DNA from: Phallusia mammillata | Taxonomy: Eukaryota | Reading direction: 5' to 3' | Assembly: GCA_965637545.1 (NCBI GenBank) | Contig: OZ281501.1 | Location: 13,206,001 to 13,270,000, forward strand | DNA: 64,000 nt | Notes under the pieces: generated by a model | Told to the model about the DNA's origin: nothing | Seen by the model: only the letters and a program-made list of their open reading frames with translations | Database searches by the model: none | Made by a program: the position numbers and the translations under genes | Part shown: positions 1 to 11,061 of the stretch, piece after piece | How the letters are laid out: every line of letters starts with the position of its first letter | Numbering within the stretch: the first letter of the stretch is position 1

Positions 1-232
1 AACTGGACCAACGAAGTTGCGTTCGGATCGCAATTGCGTATATATATACACAACATAAAGCGGGACATAAAAGTGTTAAACGGGACATAAAGGTTAACAA
101 CGTTACCACGAGCTGAGAAGGCCTTTTGCGTGGTGGTTGACATTCAATAAAATGTGCAGATATTTTTTTAAGTGAAAACAAAACGCTGTTTTACTACACA
201 CTACTTTACATACATATTCCATGCATACTTAC

Positions 233-277
233 TTGTTAAAAGTATCGTCAATTTCAATACGCTCATTGGGGCTTCAT
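233..277 (-). CDS. Candidate internal exon, possibly the start of the receptor transmembrane segment (DEAPMSVLKLTILLT)
   Basis: Strong acceptor (ttttatttttcag) and GTAAGT donor; 45 nt, phase 1/1, compatible with the phase-1 donor at 2154; hydrophobic peptide. Linkage to the receptor is inferred. Confidence 0.35.
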
Positions 278-2154
278 CTGAAAAATAAAAGTTGCATTAC
301 AGTTACAGAAGTTACCGACGTGTATTTACCGAAGTGTAACAAAGAGAGGTAAAATACCTGTTTTAAAAATGCGCTTGTGGCGTTTAAGGATTCGTATGTA
401 TTTAAGTGGGAGCGGAGAAACACACATTGGTAAACCGATTATTTAAAACCTTTCTAAAAATAGTAAGACCTATCTAGTATTAATAATTTATATGCTTGTC
501 TGGGGTCTACTACGCCACACACACACAAAGCGCCACTACACTAAAATATAAAATAGCTGTAAGGAGAGCGGGCCGCAATCGTAAACAGATTTACAGTGCG
601 AGATTAGAAATATGGGAAAAGTTTCTCCCGATGGAGTTGGTAATTTCAAGCAGTATTAATTGTTTCGCGAAACGTTAACGGGCACCGGAAACACAGATTA
701 GCGTCGCTGTTTGATGTAACGGCGAAGTGAACTACTGAAGTAATGAACCCTAAAGGTCGAGATGGTGGCTCGCTTTGTATTGAAGATGGCCCGTTGTATT
801 ACACGCAAAAAGCCTGCACAAAACACTTTTTAATTTTGATAAACTGAAGACTAAAAACTGAAATGTTTTTACGTTAATAAGTATAAACGCTGTATATTGA
901 TAGTAATGCGAGTTAAGCACGGTTTAAAGTTGCTATCTTTGACATATGATTGTTCAGCAGCAGTACAACCACTGCTTGCGTACGAGGCGCTTTCAAAGTT
1001 AGAAAAAGGGCTGTTGGCACTATCAGACATGACGCGCTTTATGGGCCACTGTAAAAAAATAAATACGTGTGCCGCTTTTTTACAGTTGTTTCTTTTGATG
1101 ACAATAACACACTTCATATTTGTTTGGGCACTGACTTTTTTTTTACTGAAAACTATTTAAAACTGCGAAATTATATTGTTATTTTGGGATGAACTGCGAG
1201 GACTATTAAATTGGAGAAAGTCCAAGTCGTTATCGTTCTATAACTTAAGAAGTAATTTCCCTTTACACGTCAAGCATCACACAAAAAATGAGTTTGTTAA
1301 AGGCCTAAAATACCGTTGACATTTCGTGGCATAAATTTACATTTTTGCTGACATTGCAAGCTGGTTGCTTGGCGCTTAATCAGGTCACTGTATAAAGAGA
1401 CATGCTAAACTAATATATACATGTGTTGTTGTTTAATGTGATAATGAAGAAATACTCAAAATCTAACTTTAGCATTTGGAAGACTCTGACATAAAGTATT
1501 ACGCTTGTCACCAATACAAGACACATGCAATACGTACGAACATGCGAAGTGGTGTTGAGAAACGTGCGCCTTGCGTGTTTGCGCTGGCGGTAACCCACTA
1601 ACCAAGTAGCGCATGGCCTAGATCACATAACAAGGCCAACATAAACATAGGATTTCGAATCAGCTGGCGTTCTGACAACACAATTGACTCATGGCGTGAT
1701 CTGACCAATTTATGCTTGGATTTATGTTAACCAAAGAGATACAGCAATGTTGCAAAGCCCATGGCTTGTGACCACAAACTGGGCCTTCTGGAAATTAGTT
1801 GCACCACAAGTTTTCAATATTTTAACATGTTTGTTTTTACTTTTTTTACAAAAAAAGCAAAAGTTTCTGTTTGGTGTTTTTTTTTCATTTTCCCTTTTCT
1901 TCTTAAAATTGTTGTTTTCAAACAAGTATTAAGCATATACATGAGTCAGTATCGCGTCCGATAAAACAATAAGTTGGGAACCACTGTATTAAACTAAATG
2001 CTTTGTGAAAAAAATATATATGTTCATCCAAATATATACATCCAAATATTATATGTTCATCCAATAAAAATATATTTGTTCATCCAAATATATATCAGTG
2101 TTTTTTTACAGCTCACCACAACAAAGCACAAGAGAAAAAATACGATAGTTTTAC

Positions 2155-3079
2155 CTTCAGGCATATCATCATCAGGTGGACTAAATGTTGGTACAGGTAC
2201 GACATTCATGTCATTGCAATAATCCTTATAACAGCATCGAGTTTGTATTATTGGGTTAACCACTGGTTGACAAAGAAAGGGTCGACCCAGTGGCTGGAGC
2301 GATGTACCTTCGAGACAACCCCATTGAATTACAGGCTAGAAGAAAAAAACAGTATTTAAATGTTGCACCAACAAATTTGAACCAGCTGTAAAACTATTTA
2401 ATTCACTTGACTTGTTGAGTTACTTGGAATTTTAGTTTTACATTGTATAATATTCGATGTCTATTTTTGTGTTATGATTTCTGCTCTTTTTTGCTCAATT
2501 TAGTACGGTACTGTATTAAACAACGTGTTGGTTTTGTTTTTACATTCACGAGTTAATAAAAATCTTGCAGATGTTGCAACATTTGTCTGAATTCATAAAT
2601 TTAACATTTTAGGAAGTGTAGCTTAGTCTTGTAAGTAAGATATTTGTAAACTACAAAGATAACCATAAAAATAATGTCATTCACACCTGTTCATAAGTCT
2701 CCATTTTTTGTATATTGATATAACAAACAGAATCGGGCACAGTGCACAAACTGGAATCATTGCAATCGGGGTTAATGAGGTTTCCACCACAATGGCACGT
2801 TATTCCTGCAAAAAAAACAGATAATTTTTTCCATGAAACTTTTAACTCACTTAATTTAAAATTTATATACTAATCAAGCAATACACTAATTATACCATTT
2901 AACAGTTGCATTTTACTTTTAACACAGAAAATAAAACACGATAATGTTAGACTTGTTTAAAAAAACTTGTCGTATGAAAATCAAAATATAACCACACAAT
3001 ATAAAATATAACCCTTACCATTGACATGTTGGAAATAGTACAACAATAAAATTCCACTAAATAGAAACTTGTTGGGCAT
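2155..3079 (-). CDS. TGF-beta/activin type I receptor-like ectodomain (ALK4/5/7-like), first three exons: 3079-3019, 2805-2687, 2335-2155
   Basis: The spliced peptide MPNKFLFSGILLLYYFQHVNG-ITCHC...CLEGTSLQPLGRPFLC...TRCCYKDYCN has a signal peptide, 10 Cys and the CCx4CN box. LQPLGRPFLC resembles ALK5 LIPRDRPFVC. Phases are consistent. No GS box or kinase exon was found in the window. Confidence 0.8.
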
Positions 3080-4197
3080 TTTGTATGCCCACCAGCTCGG
3101 AAACAAACAGCAATTGATCAGAGTTCTTTACACTCCACGTTAGAACAATGTGCTTGGCCTTCGTTTCCAAACTGATTATTATTACTACCACAAACTGAAA
3201 ACTAAGTACATATTATGAGTTAGTTGTATATATTTTTGTAATGTACCAGTTATGTCTACAGTCTACACTGAACAAAATTATGAGTTTTACTTTAGAACTT
3301 TAATACACTGCACAAACATAAAAAAAACATACACCAAACACAACTGTTGTAATAGTACTGTAAATGAAAAACATCTGAAACTTTTATATGCCCTCAAGTT
3401 TTCATATGACTGCCTAAACACAAAAATGTCTGTTCCTTTTGGCTTTGGAAGTTTTGTTTATACGCTACCATCTGCTCCAGTGCTGACTGACTTCATAAAT
3501 AACATTCATTCGTTTCATTATTGTCAAAAATAAAAACAGAAATACTTTACAGAGAAAAGGAAACAAAGGAATTTTAAACCAGAAACTTTCTTTACGATCA
3601 AATTGCCGACACACTTTCAGACAGCGTAAACAATTCATGTCTGCTTTATCTCCTTTTTTTCACTGTTCATTATTTTTTTATTATTTCTATGGACAAGTGA
3701 TATTTTTCCAAACAGGGACCGCAGCACGTCTATAAAATGACGTAAAAATGCATTTGTTAGCTGTTTTAGATTGTGCAAACGGGTATTTGCAGTAGTTGTG
3801 TTGTGTGGCATAACACGACGCAATTTTCAGCATTGCTAAATATCTGCGTGTTCCCTGCATGGAAGTTGTGGGGAAATAAAATACTTTTTTGTGAAATGAT
3901 TTCATTAAACCTTTCGCGGTTACAAAGAAGACACGGTTACAAAGAAAACAGTTTGAACTTTGTCAGACTGGGTACTGGGGGGTACTTTTTGTGGAGTTAC
4001 GGTGGTCTAGCACTCTGGCCGACCCGTAGCTCTTTGTTTTTTAATTTAAATGACTAATTTTCAATTTCCGTTTATCTAACTGTAACCCAACTCACTCACA
4101 AAGCACGTTCTTTCAAATTGGTCAAATCTCCCCTGATCATAAATATAAAACACTCATTTTACGCCGTTTTATAATACCCTCAGCCAGGGTTTTTTTA

Positions 4198-6329
4198 AGG
4201 TGGCTGTACACAGACTGCGTATTCCGTCAACGTGCGTAAACGCATGCGAAAAACGGTCCGTATTCTGACTTGCGTAAACGGACCGAATTTACGTTCCGAA
4301 AGTGGCTGCGTTTGGTGGTGGTATACACAGGATCCGAACGATGCGACGTTTTGCTTGAATGCGTCCTACTCCAAATCAGTTGTTTGGCTGTTCAAAGAAG
4401 GAACACCGCTAATTTCTTGCATTTGGGTTATCACGGTGGTGGTGGTGGGATTTTAATATTGCTAAACTCGAACACACCGACCAAAAAAAGTAATTTAAAT
4501 AGTTTACAATCGACATTACCCAACCAACCCTTGGCATTCGCTGGTGTCAAAACATGCTCAAATAAGATAGCAGTACAATAACATCGCTAATGGAAAACAA
4601 ATGTCACAAAATATTTGTATTTGTTTTTCTAAAAGACACTTTTAAAGCAGACAAAATAAAAAAGTACAAACACACAGTGCATATGAGCGAAATGTTTAAA
4701 TGGTAAAATTGGGGATGAACAAACACTGAAAGGATTTTTTTGTGTTTTTACAGAATGCTTCGTATTTTTAAAGAATTTCATTTGCTTTTAAAAACCCTCC
4801 TGTACCCTCTTTCGATTGCCTCAAGCATTTTCTTATTTTTGAAAAGTGAAAAGCAATCCTAGCATCAGTAGCTGTATTCTTATAATTTGGCAATGTGCTG
4901 GTTGTTGCCTGTAGGTCTCCTACAAATAACAAAAACATAAATGCAACAGTATGTACAAATTAGTTTAGAAGTATATTTGTTTAATCCACAATTAAGTGCA
5001 ATCTTTCATTTAACTTGACTTTTCTGGTTTGTTTCCATCTCTCATATTAGACACAAACCTTGGTTACAAATTACAATGAAGATGTGAAAAATAATACTAT
5101 TTTTGATCACAATTCTTTCCCTGCAGTACTCAAATAGCACATTGTTGGGGTCCATGCCTTACAAACATAACACATATAGTAGGTTTATTACAAATATGGA
5201 GCATAAATCATTTAATTTACATACCTGTGGTGCTGTGTTTAAATCTTAAACCATTGGATTTTCTGTCTTCTTTTTATATAGGTGTCGCATATGTCACCTT
5301 TCTTTCACATTTTTTCTGTAAAAAAAAGTAACAGGCAGGTGTCACATATACTTCACAAAATGTACATTTGATAAGCAGAATAAGCCCTTCCCAATGTACA
5401 ATAAAATGTTGTCAAAACATTTTTTGGTAAAAACCACAACATTTCTATCACCATTAAAAATGTATCCACATTGTAACACAAGTTAGTTAAATTACCTGTT
5501 AAACCAAACTCTGCTGAAGTTGAATTACAGGCATTTATAAGGTAGATTTCTCTCCAAAGCTGGTTACTAGTTTTTCTTGTTAAACTTGATTTCTTTAGTT
5601 GATATTTATCAATCCAAGGATACTACAAAAGAACTTATCATGATAACTTAAAGTGCATAATTCACAGATTGTTGCAGAAACATCAACCAGTACTTAAGTG
5701 TATGTAAACAACTAGCGTATGGACTTAGATTTCATAAGCAACATCCTAAATATTAATACAACATAGTTCCGAATTTCTAAACCCTGATGGCATATTTGCA
5801 GTTTTCTGTTTCTGAAATTTTGCAATCAATGACATTAACTGCCAGAACTAAGTTATGAACTGACTATTTCCTGACCCATTTGTTTCGCGGAAAGCTTTTG
5901 TTACTTACATTATTAGCTTTTTGTATCCCGCTGTTGTTCTGCATTCCAGTCGAGTCTGAAGTCTGTCTTTTTGCCGATTTAAAAATAAAACCTTGCATAT
6001 TACTTCACTTCTATTTATTATTAGAAACAAGAGGGCTTCAAGTCTTGTGATTTGATGAAAATAATTAATATTAATCAACCAATCTAGAAATATCTCTCAG
6101 TTTTGCACTATCACTACACCGAAAATCGCATGCGTACGTCCGAAAAAATAGAACATGTTCTATTTGTTCGGATGGCCTTGCGTTAACGTCCGTTTCGTCC
6201 GTTTTCGGACAAAACGCATGGTTCGCATTCTGTGTATGCACGTCGACGGAAGGCGACGGACCGAAATTTACGCGCGTATACGCATGACGGACGAAAACGG
6301 ACCGAAACGGATCCTGTGTACAGCCACCT
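4198..6329. mobile_element. Non-autonomous PIF/Harbinger-like DNA transposon (~2.1 kb)
   Basis: Perfect 16-bp TIR AGGTGGCTGTACACAG...CTGTGTACAGCCACCT and 3-bp TSD TTA. The empty site is visible in the 31527 MITE copy. Carries a MADF-like remnant. Confidence 0.8.
5225..5622 (-). pseudogene. Decayed MADF/Myb-SANT-like DNA-binding gene inside the Harbinger-like element
   Basis: Exon 5622-5496 reads YPWIDKYQLKKSSLTRKTSNQLWREI...; exon 5315-5225 reads NVKER*HMRHLYKKEDRKS (expected W is TGA), with a 1-nt phase mismatch between the exons. Confidence 0.55.
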
Positions 6330-6659
6330 TTAAGGTTTGGTTTGGGTGACCGCTAAGTAGTTTTAAGAGACCGCAAGTGTTTCATTTAAATACCAAAAAA
6401 TAGCCATATTTGCTTAAACGAATTATTTATTAGGCTACTGGCAAATTTTGGGAAACCGCTGGAGAAAACACCTTAAAAAAACACTGCCCACAGCTACTGT
6501 GCGTAGTGCGTTCCACCCAGAACTACAAATAATGACCTCCAGTCATAGGCGCCTGCAGAAAATTTGCAAAAGGGGGCAAAATTTGACACATATTTACGAT
6601 ATCAAACAACCATGCACTCGAATTATGTACTGTACAATTAAAAGTTTAAAACCTAAAAC

Positions 6660-7159
6660 CAGGGAGTCGAACCGCTTGTCATATGGGTTCAGGTTCGGTT
6701 CGGGTTTACTTGGTTTTGTTTTTAAGGGTTCGGGTTCGGTTCAGGTTTTTGAAAATGTATATTTTCGGGTTCGGGTTTTGTTCCGGTTCGGGCAAATTAT
6801 TCGGTCCGAACCGGTTTAAATTTTTATTCGTTTTAATTTAATCCTACCCATCATCTGCCTGGCCTTATCAAAATCCAAAGAAATTTGCCAGTGCACTGTT
6901 ATTTTTGACACGCCCCGTAAGTGTTATCTCCTGTATTCTTTAGTACGCTGTTTTGAAAAAATCACCAAATATAAAACAGACTGCATTTTTTACTGGTTTG
7001 GTCCTGGTTCGGGTCCAACGCCAAACAAAATGTAGCGTTCAACTCCGGTTCGAGTTTTTAGAAAATCGTAATTAGCGGTTCGGGTTCGGTTCGGGTTTAA
7101 TGAAATTAACCGCTCAAACCGGTTCGCGGGTTCGGGTTCAGTTCCGGTTCGACTCCCTG
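6660..7159. mobile_element. hAT-type MITE (500 bp) with GGTTCGG-rich subterminal repeats
   Basis: TIR CAGGGAGTCGAACCG...CGGTTCGACTCCCTG; perfect 8-bp TSD CCTAAAAC. Confidence 0.9.
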
Positions 7160-7910
7160 CCTAAAACACGCTGCGAAGTAAAAAAAATCCCACGTAGCCA
7201 CGCGTCCATATCGCCTTTTCAATTCATCAGTTTTTTTTCATCCAAAATTTGTTAACTTTGAGGTAGGCTACATTTCAAGTGCCCCTCTTGCCCTTCGCAT
7301 GCCGGCGCCTCGTTTTATGCGCTTCATAAAAATTTGGGCAGGTGTTAAAAACTCGATAACTCTAGCGTATTTGTGTCGTCTTTTACCAAGCCAAACTAAC
7401 TAACGCACCCCAAGGAATCACATGATTTTGGGTGCTTCGTCCTTACCATGCACCCCAAGCCTATTGCATATCCGCGAGCCCACGCAGAAAACAGTTGTGA
7501 TTGGAGCAATTTTACTGCAAGGTGGCAATAAAACCCAATAAAATAAATATTGGGAAAAAGTCTCACTTAGTTTTGCCCCCTTTTCGTTTGTTTTCGTTTT
7601 AAAATACAAAACAAGTTTTAGATACCTTTTATTTGATTTGAAAAAAAGTACAGAAATTGTTGCAGATAGATTTTCAGTTCAATGCGACATGAAAAGTACT
7701 TTATGATGTATATATAAACAAATCAAAAAAATCTAGAAACATTTTAGGCCAAAAAAATTCTAAACGTACCTATGTATTCACAAATAACTTTTTTTAACAT
7801 TTAAGCAATGACAGTATGGCACATATTGATTTATGCGGCAAACAATTATTTTCCAACATGCATAGAATTAAACAAAATAAATCTGAAATAAATAAACAAA
7901 GATGTCAAAA

Positions 7911-9797
7911 TCACAACTTGGCAGAACCAGAAATCAGAATATCTCTCATATCACAAAAAGCTTTGAATAATTCTTCACTGAATGTTTTAGAGTCATAGTC
8001 TGGGTATGAATCGAACGTTGAGATTGCCACTAGAATTTTGCTATCCTTTGGATTGTAGCATACTCCATATCCGTCCAACACTGCTGGCCCAAAAGCCATG
8101 CATAGATCTGCTTTAGAAGGCACCTGACTTGTTGACAGATTAAAGTGCATTGCACGTTTATATGAATCATCTTTAATTATATCTGGAGCAGGTAGGCCTG
8201 CATCTGCTGCTGCAAGTCGAAATCCTAGCAAATGACGATCAATCCCCTGGCCCGTTACAGCTTCTCCTACATATTGTCGGTGAGCAGTCACAGCATCTTT
8301 GAGCAGTTTGTTTTTTTCTGCAACTTGCAGGTTAGGCAAGTCAACATTTTCCACAAAATTTTGTGATTCATTTGAGCACGATCGAATTGTGTCCGTGCGA
8401 CCTAGTCTAAACTGGCGTAGGGAAGCACTTTCATAAGTGGCTGGTTGCTTTTTGTGCAGTCTCCAATAAGTTAACTGCAAAGCAATTTGAATGAATGAAT
8501 CAGGACTCATCTTTTGTGACTTGATAAAATCTTTACCAAACTCTTTGAAATCTACCACCTCTAGTTTAATAGTCTTGTAAAAATCATCAATGGTTTCAGA
8601 TGCTTCTTGGATTCGTGTTGAAAGATCAGGGCTTATGTTGAAAGGCAAAGCTTTTGGTGATGGTAAATCCATGGCTGATCCAGATTCGTTCTGAATATTT
8701 TCACAGAACTTGTACACATGATCCAGTAAAGCAGCAATAGGAGGGCCTTCAGCAGGGGCATGCTCGTATACTAAACCAACACCGCCATTTTCATCCACAA
8801 CCATTTGAATGGTTTTGTCAAACCACCTATTTCCAGTGTTTAACTGGCTTCCACCACCATGCAAGCAATTTAATGCAAAGTCACTCCTCCAATTTTTGTT
8901 TGATGAAGAGTCAGATCTATCCAAACATAAGGTGAAAATGGATTGCTGAATTGACTTCACTGATGCTTGATTGCTTGCATCACCAACTAGGGACCTATAT
9001 GCTTTTGCCCAACGATCTCTATCCAATGATGAAAGAATTCCAACTGGTGGAACTTCTGTTGTAACTGAATCAACTATCCTTTGCAGTTGAATTTCCAATT
9101 CTTTGACAGATAGTGGAGTGCCATCTGCATGGTAAACAACCAGTTCAAAGAAGTTGTTTCTGTAAACAACTGAAATATGCTGGGGTGGTTTAAAGGCCCT
9201 TGAAAAAGAATTGATGTCATCTTTTTCGGTTCCAGGAATTCTGCAGGATGATAAAACACGATAGTACTGATCCATGCAAAGTGGCTTTCCACCCAATTTC
9301 TCAACAGGAAGAGCTTCATTGTCAATATCAATCTTGTAGTCAAGAATGGCAGAAATGACCTTTGCTGCTTGTTGAACCTGACCCAATGTGCCCTGAAAGT
9401 TATATCTTGGAAATGATACAGAGGGACTGCAATAAATTACTACAGAGGCACGAGACAGAAGATATGCTTGTTCCAACCACCAATCAGAGAGCCAGTTTTC
9501 CTTCTCATTGCTTCTTTCTACCAAAACTTTTTGAAGTTGCTCACCCAATCCGTTGGACTTTCCAAACTCCTCTACTATAATTTGTGTCTTCTGAAAGTCT
9601 GCATCATTCACCAATGGCCTAATGGTTTTTAAGTATTTTTTCAAGGTTTGCTGCAGTTGAGGAACAGGCAAATGTGGGAGGCTTTCTTGGTGGCTATAAA
9701 AGCGACCCGGCATGTAGCTCGACTTTGATAAAAGCTGGGACTGCAGTCCGAGGATGCAGTTTCTCAACAACTGTATTTTTAGTTTTGCAGACAGCAT
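7911..9797 (-). CDS. CRAT: Carnitine O-acetyltransferase, single coding exon, 628 aa
   Basis: LPHLPVPQLQQTL, NRWFDK, catalytic YEHAPAEGPP, GRTDTIRS, GIDRHLLG and STSQV motifs; C-terminal AKL as in CrAT. First ATG at 9797; the ORF track starts at an upstream TTG. Confidence 0.93.
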   Translation of the reverse strand: MLSAKLKIQLLRNCILGLQSQLLSKSSYMPGRFYSHQESLPHLPVPQLQQTLKKYLKTIRPLVNDADFQKTQIIVEEFGKSNGLGEQLQKVLVERSNEKENWLSDWWLEQAYLLSRASVVIYCSPSVSFPRYNFQGTLGQVQQAAKVISAILDYKIDIDNEALPVEKLGGKPLCMDQYYRVLSSCRIPGTEKDDINSFSRAFKPPQHISVVYRNNFFELVVYHADGTPLSVKELEIQLQRIVDSVTTEVPPVGILSSLDRDRWAKAYRSLVGDASNQASVKSIQQSIFTLCLDRSDSSSNKNWRSDFALNCLHGGGSQLNTGNRWFDKTIQMVVDENGGVGLVYEHAPAEGPPIAALLDHVYKFCENIQNESGSAMDLPSPKALPFNISPDLSTRIQEASETIDDFYKTIKLEVVDFKEFGKDFIKSQKMSPDSFIQIALQLTYWRLHKKQPATYESASLRQFRLGRTDTIRSCSNESQNFVENVDLPNLQVAEKNKLLKDAVTAHRQYVGEAVTGQGIDRHLLGFRLAAADAGLPAPDIIKDDSYKRAMHFNLSTSQVPSKADLCMAFGPAVLDGYGVCYNPKDSKILVAISTFDSYPDYDSKTFSEELFKAFCDMRDILISGSAKL

Positions 9798-11061
9798 CTT
9801 CAAATTTTGCAGTTCAATAAAGATAGTAATTGCTCTTTAAGAAAACTAAAAACAAATTGCATCATGGTAACAAAAAAATAAACTATAATAAAACGAAATT
9901 GATAACATAAATTAATACAGGCTGTTTTATTTTTAGCAATTATGTGTGAACAGTGAACACAAACAACTGAACCACACTTTTATTTTCAATAGATGGATGA
10001 CCGATGACAATAATAGAGTTGGAGTCACAGTAATAAGGTTAGACGATACAAATATGCCTGCAACCATATCACCGGTCACTAGAATTGAGAAACACGATGT
10101 AGTTTTTTACTAACCACCACTTATTATCTGATTTGCTCATTTTAAAACAATTGATACTGGTGTAAGCATTGTAAAAGTTGCAACATTACTTCCTAACAAA
10201 GAAAATGGGCCTGGAAAACATTCTTTTTGAAAAATAGCTTGTTGGTGACCACAAACGTGAATTAGCTGATTGACTTATTCTGCAAAACTTGTTGATTAAC
10301 TTTAACTACACTATACCATCTCAGTTCTCAACTCAGTCGAACATTCGGATGTGCGTGTATAGGCTATACAGTGTATAGCCTATACACGGTGTAGCAACAG
10401 CGTGCTTATGCGCAGTTACACATTAACCAAGCTAAATAAATTTGTAAGACCGCATTGGGCAAAAGACAAAATTATGACTCTGCACTTTCCTACAACCATT
10501 CACCTATTATTTAACACAGAACTTTTCCCATCTGCTGTGCCGAATGTTTTGTGCCAAGGTCCAAAGTCCGATTTGGATTGGTCAACGAAGCGAATCCAGT
10601 TCCACCGCAAGTTAATTTCAGTTACTAACCTGCCCATTCCCACGTTGTTTAATTACACATACTAATGGCGTTGTGCAAAGTTACGTCGGCTGTTCTCGAT
10701 TTATCTTCAAAAAAATTATTATGGTCCGAAACATCGGGCATGTTCAAGGGTAGCCAATTGTGGCAAGATCGTAGCCAACTACGGGATTTTTTGTGTTGAC
10801 TTGGGCCGCCAAAAACTCTAGTTACAGGTCCTTGCATCCTGAACAAAAATTCAAGACAGATCTTTGTTGTGAGAACTGCATTTACTCTCGAAAGTTGGTA
10901 GTACTTTTATTAGCGCAAAGAGTGCAAACAACGGACAGAGACATTACACTTGACATATAAAAGCAGCTATATCAACCTCCTAAAAATATTAAGAAACACT
11001 GATGGAAAGCTAAAATGCGCTGAAATCTCAACGACGATTCGACGCACGGACTGAAAGACAA

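Larger units (their letters stand above)
4185..6486. mobile_element. Short hAT-type MITE split by the Harbinger-like insertion
   Basis: Ends CAGGGTTTTTTTAAGG...CCTTAAAAAAACACTG; 8-bp TSD CCCTCAGC/CCCACAGC; an uninterrupted paralog lies at 31527-31690. Confidence 0.8.

Noticed and set aside
2010-2095. Degenerate TATGTTCATCCAAA repeats
   Set aside because: Low-complexity intronic minisatellite.
9074-9580. Short ORFs overlapping CRAT
   Set aside because: Alternative-frame or antisense shadows.
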